A DNA stretch of 64,000 nucleotides from an uncultured Helicobacter sp. (GTDB lineage: Bacteria; Campylobacterota; Campylobacteria; Campylobacterales; Helicobacteraceae). The position numbers and the translations under genes were made by a program. The notes under the pieces are model-generated. The model was given only the letters and a program-made list of their open reading frames with translations. It made no database searches and was not told where the DNA came from. Location: NCBI GenBank assembly GCA_949287835.1, contig CASEHV010000014.1:17576-81575 (forward strand), in the 5' to 3' direction. The number at the start of each line of letters is the position of its first letter. Positions within the stretch are counted from its first letter, which is position 1. Positions 48,981 to 59,030 of this stretch are shown one piece after another.

Positions 48981-49749
48981 GTCTAGTAGTATTGAATTAT
49001 TTAAGGATAGCAATCTCTCATTTATCCTTACTGACAGGCACGGCGGCGTTAGTCTTTCTCCTTATGAGAGTATGAATCTAGCCTACCATGTAGGAGATAG
49101 AGCAGATGATGTAAAGAGAAATAGGGACATAGTTATGGAATCTTTTCCTAAAAAAACCCTCTTATATCTCAATCAGATTCATTCAAATACAATTATCTCT
49201 GTAAAAAAAGATTCCTATGCCACATATAGTAATGCAGAAAAGATTGGTGAAAATGATAGGAATTTTAGGGATAGTGAGATAATGCTAGGAGATGGGGACG
49301 GATTTATATGCAATGATTCTAGCGTTGCTTGTATGGTTATGGTGGCAGATTGCAATCCTATTTTGCTTTATTCTCAAAAGAGCGGGGTGTTTGCACTTCT
49401 GCATGCAGGGAGGGTTGGTTTATATAATAATATTATTAAAAACTGCCTTGATATAATGGCATTTGAGTATGGAATCTCTCAAGAGGATTTATGGGTATTT
49501 GTGGGAGCATCTATTAGGAAATGCTGCTATGAGATTGGCAGAGATTTAGCCTCTAGTTTTAAGGATTTTGTAGATATTAGGAAAAATGCTTATTATCTTG
49601 ATATGTTACCTCTTATTTTAAGAGATATAAAACATGTGGCACATAAAGAGATTCTACATACATGCACCTGCTGTGATAGCAATTATTTCTCATACAGACG
49701 AGAGAGGAATACAGGTAGATTTGCACTAATTGCTACATTGGAGAATTAG
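48973..49749 (+). CDS. pgeF: YfiH/PgeF (DUF152) purine nucleoside phosphorylase / peptidoglycan editing factor family protein
   Basis: NQIHSNTI, MVADCNPILL and LHAGRVG motifs. The start overlaps the exbD stop by 8 nt. Confidence 0.8.
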   Translation: MIKSSSIELFKDSNLSFILTDRHGGVSLSPYESMNLAYHVGDRADDVKRNRDIVMESFPKKTLLYLNQIHSNTIISVKKDSYATYSNAEKIGENDRNFRDSEIMLGDGDGFICNDSSVACMVMVADCNPILLYSQKSGVFALLHAGRVGLYNNIIKNCLDIMAFEYGISQEDLWVFVGASIRKCCYEIGRDLASSFKDFVDIRKNAYYLDMLPLILRDIKHVAHKEILHTCTCCDSNYFSYRRERNTGRFALIATLEN

Positions 49750-51126
49750 ATGCAGGTATTAGATAGCGATAATTTTGTCTTGCAAGTAAGCGAGGTTACT
49801 ACTCAAATAAAAAGCTATCTTGAACCCTACTTTACTAATATTTCCATAGAGGGCGAGGTAAGCGGTCTTGTGAATCATAGCAGTGGGCATACCTATTTTA
49901 GCCTTAAAGATTCTAAGTCTGTGCTATCTTGCACGTTTTTTAGACATAATGCTATGCGTTGCTCTGTGAAATTAAAAAATGGGGATAAAATCATCGCTAG
50001 AGGTGCTATAAAAATATATGAACCACGTGGCACTTATAGTTTAAATGTGCTTGATTGTGTTTATAGTGGCATTGGGGATTTAAAAGCGCAATATGATAGA
50101 TTAAAACAAGACTTAGCTAAAAAAGGCTATTTTAATAAAAATAAACCTCTGCCAAAATATCCAAAGAAAATTATTTTTCTAACAAGTAAAACGGGTGCCG
50201 CATTGCAGGATATGATTAGAGTGGCATCTAATCGCTTTTGTCTATGTGAGTTTATATTGATTGATACTTTGGTGCAGGGTAGTGAGGCTAAATATGCCAT
50301 TGCTAAGAATCTTGTCTATGCGGATAGATTGAATGCAGATATTATTGTATTAGCAAGAGGTGGAGGGAGCATTGAGGATTTATGGTGTTTTAATGAGATA
50401 GAGGTGCTAGAGGCAATCTTTAGGGCTAATACCCCCATTGTCTCTGCTATCGGACATGAGATTGATTATATGTTAAGCGACTTTGTAGCAGATGTGAGAG
50501 CGGCAACGCCTAGCATGGCTATGGAGATGATACTTTGTGATAAAGAGGCATTATTTGATGAGCTTGTAGCAAAAGAAATGTATTTAGAATCTATTATGAA
50601 AAATATATTTCAAAAAAAGCAAGAAGTAATATCTCTAAGGGCTATGCGAATAGAGGCATTAAATCCTATTGGCAGAATATCACTATTAAAAAGCACTCTA
50701 TCACAGATGGCTAGTAGGCTAGATTATGTCATGCAGGAGTTAGTCTCAAATAAAAAGGCACTGATAAATAAATATCAATTACAATTAGTCTCGCTAAGTC
50801 CTATCGCACTGCATAAAAAAAGAATATATGAATGCAATCTAAGACTGCATACTGCCTATATGAATCTAATCGCAAGGCAGAAAATGAGATTGCAGAATCT
50901 AGCAGAGATTCTAACCTTAAAAATGCGAGATTTATTGACACAAAAGAAAATGCGACTAGAGCAGAGTATGAAAATATTAGAGGGAATCAATATAGAAAAA
51001 AGAGTGCCTAGTGGATTAGCAGAAATATTAAAAGATAACAAAAGAGTGCGTGTATCGGAGCTAAAAAGTGGCGATAAAATAGAAATAGTAGATTCTAGCG
51101 GAAGTAGAAATGCCTATATACAGTAG
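49750..51126 (+). CDS. xseA: Exodeoxyribonuclease VII large subunit
   Basis: N-terminal OB fold (ISIEGEVSGLVNHSSGHTYFSLKD), ARGGGSIEDLWCFN, and a long C-terminal coiled coil. Confidence 0.9.
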   Translation: MQVLDSDNFVLQVSEVTTQIKSYLEPYFTNISIEGEVSGLVNHSSGHTYFSLKDSKSVLSCTFFRHNAMRCSVKLKNGDKIIARGAIKIYEPRGTYSLNVLDCVYSGIGDLKAQYDRLKQDLAKKGYFNKNKPLPKYPKKIIFLTSKTGAALQDMIRVASNRFCLCEFILIDTLVQGSEAKYAIAKNLVYADRLNADIIVLARGGGSIEDLWCFNEIEVLEAIFRANTPIVSAIGHEIDYMLSDFVADVRAATPSMAMEMILCDKEALFDELVAKEMYLESIMKNIFQKKQEVISLRAMRIEALNPIGRISLLKSTLSQMASRLDYVMQELVSNKKALINKYQLQLVSLSPIALHKKRIYECNLRLHTAYMNLIARQKMRLQNLAEILTLKMRDLLTQKKMRLEQSMKILEGINIEKRVPSGLAEILKDNKRVRVSELKSGDKIEIVDSSGSRNAYIQ

Positions 51127-51637
51127 CCTTTTGTTTATATTGCTATGTTTTAGCACTCTTTGCGGTGAGACGTTAAATAAGGATTTGAATCTAAATAGCT
51201 GGGATAGACTTTTTAGTATGCCAAAGAGGGCTTGTTCTGGTTGCGATTTTGTCATTTCATTTTTGACAAAAGATGCAAATATAGAATCGTTAGATGAGAT
51301 AATAGATAGTGCTGATTTTAATACAGATGATTTTAGCCTTGCAAAAGCGGTATTTATAAAAAAAGGCATAGATTCTAGCTATGAGGATTTTTTGCGACAT
51401 AAATATGTGTTTAGATGTATGTATTGTGGTAGCCTTGATTCTGTAAGTAATTTCCTGCCATCGCAAAATAACGTTATTGTGAGAAATAATATTAAATATT
51501 CTTTCATGCCACTTCAAAGTGGCTATAAAATTGAGATTAGCGATGAGATATGTGGCGTTAGTGATGTTTTACTATTTAAGGCACATGATAGCACGACGGA
51601 ACTATTTGTGTTTAGTCAATTTGCATGCAAAAGTTGA
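51110..51637 (+). CDS. Hypothetical exported Cys-containing protein
   Basis: 175-aa ORF with a hydrophobic N-terminus (LLFILLCFSTLCG) and CSGC / CMYCG pairs. Overlaps xseA by 17 nt. Confidence 0.5.
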   Translation: MPIYSSLLFILLCFSTLCGETLNKDLNLNSWDRLFSMPKRACSGCDFVISFLTKDANIESLDEIIDSADFNTDDFSLAKAVFIKKGIDSSYEDFLRHKYVFRCMYCGSLDSVSNFLPSQNNVIVRNNIKYSFMPLQSGYKIEISDEICGVSDVLLFKAHDSTTELFVFSQFACKS

Positions 51638-51683
51638 TATTACCAAGTTTTATTATAATTACAATATATTTTTTAAAAGAGTG

Positions 51684-52343
51684 ATGATGGCTCCACTTGA
51701 TAGATATATGAGCAGAGAGACGCAAAAAAAGCTAAGAAATGGTTATCTCCACGCTGTCATGTATATGTTTTCAAAGCTGTGCTATAAGACTTGCAGAAAT
51801 AGATTCCATATTTCTGATTATGCCAATAGCAACTCTTTTATCGCATGTCTTTGGCATGGGAATTTCCTCATGATGCCGTATTTATACAGAAAGGTTAGAA
51901 GTAATCCTAACATGGTATTTGTAACCTCCGCTCATGATGATGGTGATATTATAGAAAAATATTTTGCAAAGTTTGGGCTAGAGGGTATAAGGGGTAGTAG
52001 AGGTATTGATAAAGGCGGCGCTAAGGCATTGATTAAGGCAATTAGGGCATTACGCGAAGGGAAAGACTTAGCCATTACCCCAGATGGTCCAAAGGGTCCG
52101 TATAAAAGTATCGCTAATGGAATCTTGCTTATGGCTATGAAAAGTGGCGTGGGTATATGTGGTTGCAGGGTGAAGCCTAGCAGATTCTGGCAGATGAAAA
52201 CATGGGATAAATTCTGTATTCCAAAGCCTTTTAGCCGCATTGATTATTATCTTGGTGAGCCTTTATTTTTAACTCCTGATATGGATATAGAGGAGGCTAA
52301 AGATAAACTAGCGCAATATATGAAAAAGATAGATGAATTGTGA
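51684..52343 (+). CDS. DUF374-family (lysophospholipid acyltransferase-like) protein
   Basis: LWHGNFLMMPY, SAHDDGDII, GSRGIDKGGAKAL and ITPDGPKGP blocks are typical of DUF374. Start at ATG 51684. Confidence 0.7.
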   Translation: MMAPLDRYMSRETQKKLRNGYLHAVMYMFSKLCYKTCRNRFHISDYANSNSFIACLWHGNFLMMPYLYRKVRSNPNMVFVTSAHDDGDIIEKYFAKFGLEGIRGSRGIDKGGAKALIKAIRALREGKDLAITPDGPKGPYKSIANGILLMAMKSGVGICGCRVKPSRFWQMKTWDKFCIPKPFSRIDYYLGEPLFLTPDMDIEEAKDKLAQYMKKIDEL

Positions 52344-52410
52344 TTTTCAATATCTTTTTTCATGATTTTTGTTTATAATTGCGTTTATTTTCTAGTCTAA
52401 AGGATTGAAT

Positions 52411-53184
52411 ATGAGAGTATTAGCCATTGTTGTCGCTATATATGCTTTTATGTTTCATGCTTTGTTTGCAAAGGAGCTAAAGGTTGGGGCAAATCCTCTG
52501 CCTCATGCTAAGATTCTGGAGTTTGTAGCACCCATGCTAAAGGCTAAGGGTATAGACCTAAAGATAGTTGTATTTAATGATTATATACTGCCAAATGTAG
52601 CGTTAAATGACAAGTCTCTTGATGCCAATTTTATGCAGCATGTGCCATACATGGAGAAGACAAATAAGGATAAGGGCTATCATTTAGTTAGCGTTGGAGC
52701 AGTGCATGTAGAGCCTTTGAGTATGTATTCTAAGAAATTAAAATCTATAAATGATTTAAAAGATGGTGCTACCATAGCTATCCCATCTGACCCGTCGAAT
52801 CTAGCTAGGTCTCTTATTTTGTTACATAATAACAACATTATTACCCTAAAAGATTCAAAAAACCTTTCATCAACTATGCGTGATATTAGGAAAAATCCTA
52901 AGAATCTTAAAATAAAAACCATTGATGGCGTTTTGCTTACTAAGGCATTAGATGATGTTGATGCGGCTATTATTAATGGTAATTTTGCCTTGCAAGCAGG
53001 TCTTAGAACAAAAGATGCGATTTTAGTAGAAGACGCACGTTCGCCGTATGCTAATGTCCTTGCAGTGAGAGCAGGAGATGAGAATAGAGAGGATATTTTG
53101 GAGCTAAAAAAGGCATTGCAAAGCGAAGAGGTAAGGAAATTTATACAGGATACTTATAAAGGGGAAATCGTTCCAGCTTTTTAA
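52411..53184 (+). CDS. metQ: MetQ/NlpA-family methionine-binding protein
   Basis: Signal peptide, then LKVGANPLPHAKILE.., and FNDYILPNVAL and NFMQH motifs. No metN or metI is adjacent. Confidence 0.8.
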   Translation: MRVLAIVVAIYAFMFHALFAKELKVGANPLPHAKILEFVAPMLKAKGIDLKIVVFNDYILPNVALNDKSLDANFMQHVPYMEKTNKDKGYHLVSVGAVHVEPLSMYSKKLKSINDLKDGATIAIPSDPSNLARSLILLHNNNIITLKDSKNLSSTMRDIRKNPKNLKIKTIDGVLLTKALDDVDAAIINGNFALQAGLRTKDAILVEDARSPYANVLAVRAGDENREDILELKKALQSEEVRKFIQDTYKGEIVPAF

Positions 53185-53265
53185 TTAATCATTTTCCTTA
53201 TATCACTATTAGTTAGTTTCTTATAACGTGGTATCATATTTTCCTTATTCTATTTAGGAGAATAT

Positions 53266-56200
53266 ATGCTTACCAAAATCCTTTCTAAAATTTCATTCAA
53301 AAGCCTAGCATTGACTATACTAAAAAGCCTCTTTGCCTCCATTCCACTAAGTATTTTTCTAATGTGCATTTATGCGGCAAGTATTGGCTTTGCTACCTTT
53401 GTAGAGAGGGATTATGGGACTATTGTGGCAAATGATGTTATATACCATTCATTTTGGTTTGAGTTTATCAATGTATGGTTGCTTATAAATATACTTGGCT
53501 GCATGTATCGTAGTGCTAAACATGGATTTAAAATTAGTGTGCAGATATTTCACCTATCATTTGTTGTAATGATTATTGGTGCTGGTATAACGAGGTATTA
53601 TGGCTTTGAGGGAAATATGTCTCTATCTGATGGACAAAGCTCTGCATTCATTACCTCTAGTGATAAGTTTTTAAATGTTTTTGTGAGTAATGAGATTGCA
53701 GATGATGGCGATGAGAGAGATATTATGCCACTTGAGAGTTTCAAGAAGGGCTATGACATATATCTTAGCCCTTATGTAAAGCACTCTTCATTTAAGCTAA
53801 ATGAAAAAGTCTTTGATAAAGCATTGCATATAGAATCTACTCAGATTATAAACTACTCTTTAGCATCGCTATTTAATGAGGCAAGGAAAGAAAACAGAGA
53901 ACCTAGCGATGAGGAGCTAGATGAGAAAAAAAAGGAAAATCATTATATGGCAATGTTTGAGGTGGAATATAATGGTATAAGAAAGGAGATAATGCTATCT
54001 AATTTTGGCAATATTGTTAGCGAGAGATTTGGCAATCGATATATAACTCTATCATGGGGGCAGAAATCTGTCAAACTCCCCTTTGAGATTAAGCTAGATA
54101 AATTTGAAGTGCTAAATTATCCGGGTTCTAAAATGCCCTCCAGCTTTGCATCCTATGTGCAAGTCATTGATAATGATTATAAAAGCATGGATTATAAAAT
54201 ATACATGAATAATGTGCTAGATTACAAGGGATATAGATTCTTTCAGAGTCAGTATAATATAGAGCAGGACGAGGATGGGAATCCAAAAGAAGATGAAAAT
54301 GGGAATCCAATATATGCAGGCACAATTCTATCGGTAAATAAAGACCCAGGAAAGATTCCAACCTACATAGGCTATACGCTTTTAATACTTGGTGCTATAT
54401 GGCTATTATTCGATAGAGATTCTAGATTTAAAAAACTTAGCGATTTTATTAAAAACCAAAAAATGCTATTTGCACTTATTGTTAGCATTGGCATTTCGAG
54501 TAATTTTCACACATTGCAAGCAGATGAGATTCCAGATGCAAATATGAAATTTGAGGAGTTTAAAAATAGCATTACTAAGATTGTAGATTTACAAAAAAAG
54601 CTATCTCCAATACTAGCAGATAGGAGCAATGATGCTATTAATAAGCGACTAGAAGGGTTAAAAAAGATTCCAAAAGATGTCTTAGAATCATTCTCTACTC
54701 TGCAGGTGCAAGGAGCAGATGGCAGGATTAGAATCATGGATACATATAGTGATGAAATCATGCGAAAAATTACAGGAGCAAAAACCTTTGGTGGACTAAA
54801 TCATAATCAATTCATGATAGGGCTAATGACTATTCCACGGGATATGACAAAGCTTAGATTCATAAAGGTAAAAAATGCTGAGATTCTAAAACTACTAGAT
54901 ATAAAGCATGGCAATTATATATCATTTGAGGATTTATTTGTAGCCAAAGATATTGAGAGCGTTTATGATTTTGCTATATCTCAAAATATACAAACAAGGC
55001 ATGATTTCCAGCAGAGCTATAAACTCTTTCATTTAGTCGTTACCGCATTGAAAAAACCAGATTCTGAGAGAAGCGATTTTGACAAGGAAGTTTTAAAGCT
55101 AAATGAAAAGGCAGATTTTCTACTACCGCTATCTGTCTGGAGCTATATGAAGATTTTCCCTCAAGGGAAAGTCATAGAGGATTTTATGAATGGTGCCACT
55201 GGCACAGATAAAAACCTAGATAGATGGCAGGTTTTAGGGAATCCAATCGATGTAGAGGACCCGTTTTTAAATTATATATACATGAGTTTTAGCACACAAG
55301 GATTGCATGGAATAATAGACAATGACTGGAGCGATTTCTCTAAGACTTTGAATGTATTGCACGACTATCAGAGGGCAACTGGCGGGGATTTGTATCTAAA
55401 CGCTAACAGAGTAAAGTCAGAGCTTTGGTTAAATAAAATTGATATTTTTCCGCTGTCGCAGTATTTTTATATAATCGCTGGAATCTTACTATTCTTTATA
55501 GCACTTGTAGCCATTATTGCAAATAAAAAGATTCCAAAATGGCTAGGTGGTGGATTATATTTTATTCTTTTTATCATATTCTGTCTTCATACAATAGGTC
55601 TTTTACTGCGTTGGTATATAGGAGGACATGCCCCATGGTCAAATGCCTATGAATCTATGCTTTACATTGCATGGGCTAGTGCATTATCGGGCATTATTAT
55701 TTTACGTAAGTCTTATTTTGCAATGTGCGGGGCAAGTTTCCTTGCAGGTATGGCGTTGTTGATTGCCCACTGGGGATTTATGGACCCACAGATTGGTAAT
55801 CTTGAGCCTGTGCTAAATTCCTATTGGCTAAATATCCATGTGGCTATCATCGTGGCTAGTTATGGATTTTTAGGTTTATCGTTAATGCTTGGCTGCATTA
55901 ATCTTATTTTATTTATCTTTAGAAGTGCTACAAAACCGCAAATAGACAAATCCATACTATATTTAACTGCACTCAATGAGATGAGTATGATAATAGGCGT
56001 TTTAATGCTAATTGTCGGCACATTTCTAGGCGGCGTCTGGGCTAATGAATCTTGGGGTAGATACTGGAGCTGGGATTCCAAAGAGACTTGGTCTCTAGTT
56101 TCTGTGGGCGTGTATGCAGTGATTTTACATGTGAGATTCCTAAAACCTGTGTATTTGCCCTATGTGTTTAATATGCTTAGTGTCATAGGATTTTATAGCA

Positions 56201-56376
56201 TCATCATGACATATTTTGGTGTGAATTATTATTTAGCCACAGGACTGCACTCTTATGGTAGAGGGCAGAGTGATGGCATAAGTGAGAAAATTTATATTTC
56301 ACTTATCATATTATTTGTGTTTATTCTTATATCTTTTTTCAAAAGAAAACTTATTGCTAGTAAGGAATTAGGCTAA
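53266..56376 (+). CDS. ccsBA: System II cytochrome c biogenesis fusion protein CcsBA
   Basis: 1036 aa with a ResB-like N-terminal half and a CcsA C-terminal half carrying the WWD motif (WGRYWSWDSKETW) and conserved His residues. Confidence 0.9.
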   Translation: MLTKILSKISFKSLALTILKSLFASIPLSIFLMCIYAASIGFATFVERDYGTIVANDVIYHSFWFEFINVWLLINILGCMYRSAKHGFKISVQIFHLSFVVMIIGAGITRYYGFEGNMSLSDGQSSAFITSSDKFLNVFVSNEIADDGDERDIMPLESFKKGYDIYLSPYVKHSSFKLNEKVFDKALHIESTQIINYSLASLFNEARKENREPSDEELDEKKKENHYMAMFEVEYNGIRKEIMLSNFGNIVSERFGNRYITLSWGQKSVKLPFEIKLDKFEVLNYPGSKMPSSFASYVQVIDNDYKSMDYKIYMNNVLDYKGYRFFQSQYNIEQDEDGNPKEDENGNPIYAGTILSVNKDPGKIPTYIGYTLLILGAIWLLFDRDSRFKKLSDFIKNQKMLFALIVSIGISSNFHTLQADEIPDANMKFEEFKNSITKIVDLQKKLSPILADRSNDAINKRLEGLKKIPKDVLESFSTLQVQGADGRIRIMDTYSDEIMRKITGAKTFGGLNHNQFMIGLMTIPRDMTKLRFIKVKNAEILKLLDIKHGNYISFEDLFVAKDIESVYDFAISQNIQTRHDFQQSYKLFHLVVTALKKPDSERSDFDKEVLKLNEKADFLLPLSVWSYMKIFPQGKVIEDFMNGATGTDKNLDRWQVLGNPIDVEDPFLNYIYMSFSTQGLHGIIDNDWSDFSKTLNVLHDYQRATGGDLYLNANRVKSELWLNKIDIFPLSQYFYIIAGILLFFIALVAIIANKKIPKWLGGGLYFILFIIFCLHTIGLLLRWYIGGHAPWSNAYESMLYIAWASALSGIIILRKSYFAMCGASFLAGMALLIAHWGFMDPQIGNLEPVLNSYWLNIHVAIIVASYGFLGLSLMLGCINLILFIFRSATKPQIDKSILYLTALNEMSMIIGVLMLIVGTFLGGVWANESWGRYWSWDSKETWSLVSVGVYAVILHVRFLKPVYLPYVFNMLSVIGFYSIIMTYFGVNYYLATGLHSYGRGQSDGISEKIYISLIILFVFILISFFKRKLIASKELG

Positions 56377-56387
56377 ATATAGTATTT

Positions 56388-56404
56388 TGGGAATGAAGTT
56401 TGCT
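56388..56404 (+). promoter_or_regulatory. sigma54 (RpoN) promoter TGGGAATGAAGTTTGCT upstream of flaB
   Basis: GG (56390-56391) and GC (56402-56403) are separated by 10 nt, with a TTGCT -12 box. It lies 42 nt upstream of ATG 56446. flaB is RpoN-dependent in H. pylori. Confidence 0.65.
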
Positions 56405-56445
56405 TTGCACTCTTTGTATTCAAATTTTTAGCAAAGGATGCAGGC

Positions 56446-57990
56446 ATGAGTTTTAGGATAAATACGAACATTTCCGCACTCAACGCACATACTATCGGTG
56501 TGCAGAACAACAGGTTTATTCATGATTCGCTAGAAAAGTTAAGCTCTGGATTGAGAATCAACAAAGCCGCAGATGACGCTTCTGGTATGTCGATTGCAGA
56601 TAGCCTAAGAAGTCAGGCTAGCTCACTAGGACAGGCTATTGGTAACGCTAATGATGCGATTGGTATGATTCAGATTGCAGATAAGGCAATGGATGAGCAA
56701 TTAAAGATTCTTGATACAGTGAAAGTCAAAGCGATACAAGCCGCACAAGATGGACAAACCACAGAATCAAGAAAGGCACTACAAAGCGATATTGTAAGAC
56801 TGCTAGAGGAATTAGATAATATTGCAAATACCACTAGCTACAATGGTCAGCAAATGCTATCTGGCTCATTCTCCAACAAAGAATTTCAAATCGGTGCATA
56901 TTCTAATACAACGGTAAAAGCTTCCATAGGTCCTACAAGCTCTGATAAAATAGGGCATGTAAGACTTGAAAGCTCATCTGTAACAGGCATAGGAATGTTG
57001 GCTAGTGCAGGGCTTAAGAATCTACAAGAGATTGCACTAAAGTTTAAGCAAGTAGATGGTAAAAAGAGCTTTAAGCTAGAGACCGTTGTAGTCTCTACGA
57101 GTGCGGGGACAGGCATAGGTGTATTAGCGGATACAATCAATAAGTTTTCAGATACGCTAGGCGTTAGGGCTAGTGCGAATGTGCTAGGCACAGGTGGCGT
57201 TCCTATTTTATCTGGAACAATACATGGCTTGGTTGTAAATGGCAACACTATCGGAACAATCAATGATGTTAAGAAAAATGATGCCGATGGTAGATTAATT
57301 AATGCCTTTAACTCTATCAAGGAAAGGACAGGTGTAGAAGCCTATGTAGATATTGAGGGTAGATTAAACCTCAAGAGTATGGACGGACGTGCTATTTCCA
57401 TACATGCAGAGGGTGATTCTGGAAAGGTGCTAGGTGGCGGCAGCTTTAATGGTGTATCTGGAATGAATCATGCCATTGTGGGAAGACTTAGCCTAGTTAG
57501 GACAGATGCTAGAGATATTATCATTAGCGGCACGAATTTTAGTAGTGTCGGATTCCACTCTGCACAAGGCATTGCACAATACACTGCAAATCTTCGCTCT
57601 GTGCGTGGAAACATGGATAAAAATATCGCAAGTGCTTCTGGTGCTAATGGCAACTGGGCACAGGCAGAGCAGAATGTAGATGGTATAGGTGCGGGTGTTA
57701 CTTCGCTTAGAGGTGCTATGGTTGTTATGGACATGGCAGAATCTGCCATAAGGCAACTTGATAAGATTCGTGCGGATATGGGTTCTGTGCAAGTGCAGCT
57801 TGTATCTACCATCAATAACATTTCTATTACTCAAGTTAATGTTAAAGCCGCTGAATCTCAAATTAGAGATGTGGATTTCGCACAAGAATCTGCTACATTC
57901 TCCAAACACAACATTCTTGCGCAATCTGGTAGTTTTGCTATGGCACAGGCTAATGCTGTTCAGCAAAATGTATTGAGATTGTTGCAGTAG
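56446..57990 (+). CDS. flaB: Flagellin B
   Basis: [65 protein letters not shown] closely matches my recollection of H. pylori FlaB (FlaA begins MAFQVNTN). 514 aa. Confidence 0.9.
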   Translation: MSFRINTNISALNAHTIGVQNNRFIHDSLEKLSSGLRINKAADDASGMSIADSLRSQASSLGQAIGNANDAIGMIQIADKAMDEQLKILDTVKVKAIQAAQDGQTTESRKALQSDIVRLLEELDNIANTTSYNGQQMLSGSFSNKEFQIGAYSNTTVKASIGPTSSDKIGHVRLESSSVTGIGMLASAGLKNLQEIALKFKQVDGKKSFKLETVVVSTSAGTGIGVLADTINKFSDTLGVRASANVLGTGGVPILSGTIHGLVVNGNTIGTINDVKKNDADGRLINAFNSIKERTGVEAYVDIEGRLNLKSMDGRAISIHAEGDSGKVLGGGSFNGVSGMNHAIVGRLSLVRTDARDIIISGTNFSSVGFHSAQGIAQYTANLRSVRGNMDKNIASASGANGNWAQAEQNVDGIGAGVTSLRGAMVVMDMAESAIRQLDKIRADMGSVQVQLVSTINNISITQVNVKAAESQIRDVDFAQESATFSKHNILAQSGSFAMAQANAVQQNVLRLLQ

Positions 57991-57996
57991 TGTAAT

Positions 57997-58027
57997 GATT
58001 TGCAGAATCTATTATGGAATCTGCAAA
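57997..58027 (+). terminator. Hairpin ATTTGCAGAATC-TATTATG-GAATCTGCAAAT downstream of flaB
   Basis: 12-bp stem with one mismatch, starting 7 nt after the flaB stop. No clean T tract follows. Confidence 0.45.
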
Positions 58028-58079
58028 TAGCAAATTAGTTGTATAATTACAACTTCATGTTGTGATTATAAGGAAAGCT

Positions 58080-59030
58080 ATGAGTAAGGATTCTATAAAC
58101 CACACTAATGACAATCAAGATTTCATCTCCAAAAAACTTCAGACTATATACAACATAACCATAGATATTATTAAGACATTAGGAAATGATGAGATTCTCT
58201 CTCTTTACTCCAATATGCAAAGTGGCAAGATGCTTAGGTCAAAGCTTGTTTTAAGCATAGTGGATAATGACATGGCATTAAAACTTTGTGCCATTATAGA
58301 GCTAATACAGGCGGCATCTTTGCTACATGATGATGTTATCGATGAGAGTGATACGCGACGGGGCAGGGCTAGTATCAATGCTATGTTTGGTAATAAAAAT
58401 GCCATTATGCTAGGTGATATACTTTACTCAAGTGCCTTTCATGAGCTATCAAAGATGGAATCTAGCATAGCCCAGAGCCTCTCTCTTAGCGTTTGCAAAC
58501 TTAGCATGGGCGAGATAGCAGATGTATCATTAGAGAGTTGCTTTAATGACAATGAGGATAAATATCTCAATATGATAGAGCTAAAAAGTGCAAGTCTCAT
58601 TGCCGCAAGTAGCGAGTGTGCCGCACTTCTAGCAGGATTTAAAAATCACAGGGATTATTATGAGTATGGGCTAAATCTTGGCATGGCATTCCAAATCATA
58701 GATGACATACTAGATATAGTGCAGAGTAGCCAGACTTTAGGCAAGCCAGCCCTTAGCGACTTTGCAAGTGGCAAAAGCACACTGCCTTATATCTATCTGT
58801 ATGAGAGCCTAGATTCTAACAATAAAGAGTGGCTACTTTCACTATTTAAAATAAGAGCAGATTCTAAAGATGAGGGCAAATTACTAGATTTAATGAAATC
58901 TAGCGGGGCATTAGAGAGGGCAAAGCAAAAAGCACTACATTATGGGAATCTATCTTTGCAAATATCACGCAAAATTAATAATAAGAAATTAGAATCATTA
59001 ATTACTTCTATGATTGAGAGGAGTTTTTAA
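58080..59030 (+). CDS. ispB: Polyprenyl (octaprenyl) diphosphate synthase
   Basis: Two DDxxD motifs (LLHDDVIDESDTRRG and IIDDILD). Start at ATG 58080 (AAGGAAAG SD). Confidence 0.9.
   Translation: MSKDSINHTNDNQDFISKKLQTIYNITIDIIKTLGNDEILSLYSNMQSGKMLRSKLVLSIVDNDMALKLCAIIELIQAASLLHDDVIDESDTRRGRASINAMFGNKNAIMLGDILYSSAFHELSKMESSIAQSLSLSVCKLSMGEIADVSLESCFNDNEDKYLNMIELKSASLIAASSECAALLAGFKNHRDYYEYGLNLGMAFQIIDDILDIVQSSQTLGKPALSDFASGKSTLPYIYLYESLDSNNKEWLLSLFKIRADSKDEGKLLDLMKSSGALERAKQKALHYGNLSLQISRKINNKKLESLITSMIERSF

Noticed and set aside
54264-54312. Short tandem duplication in ccsBA (GATGGGAATCCAAAAGAAGATGAAAATGGGAATCCAATA, encoding EDGNPKEDENGNPI)
   Set aside because: It lies in frame within a periplasmic loop and is only two imperfect copies. 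This is ordinary loop expansion.
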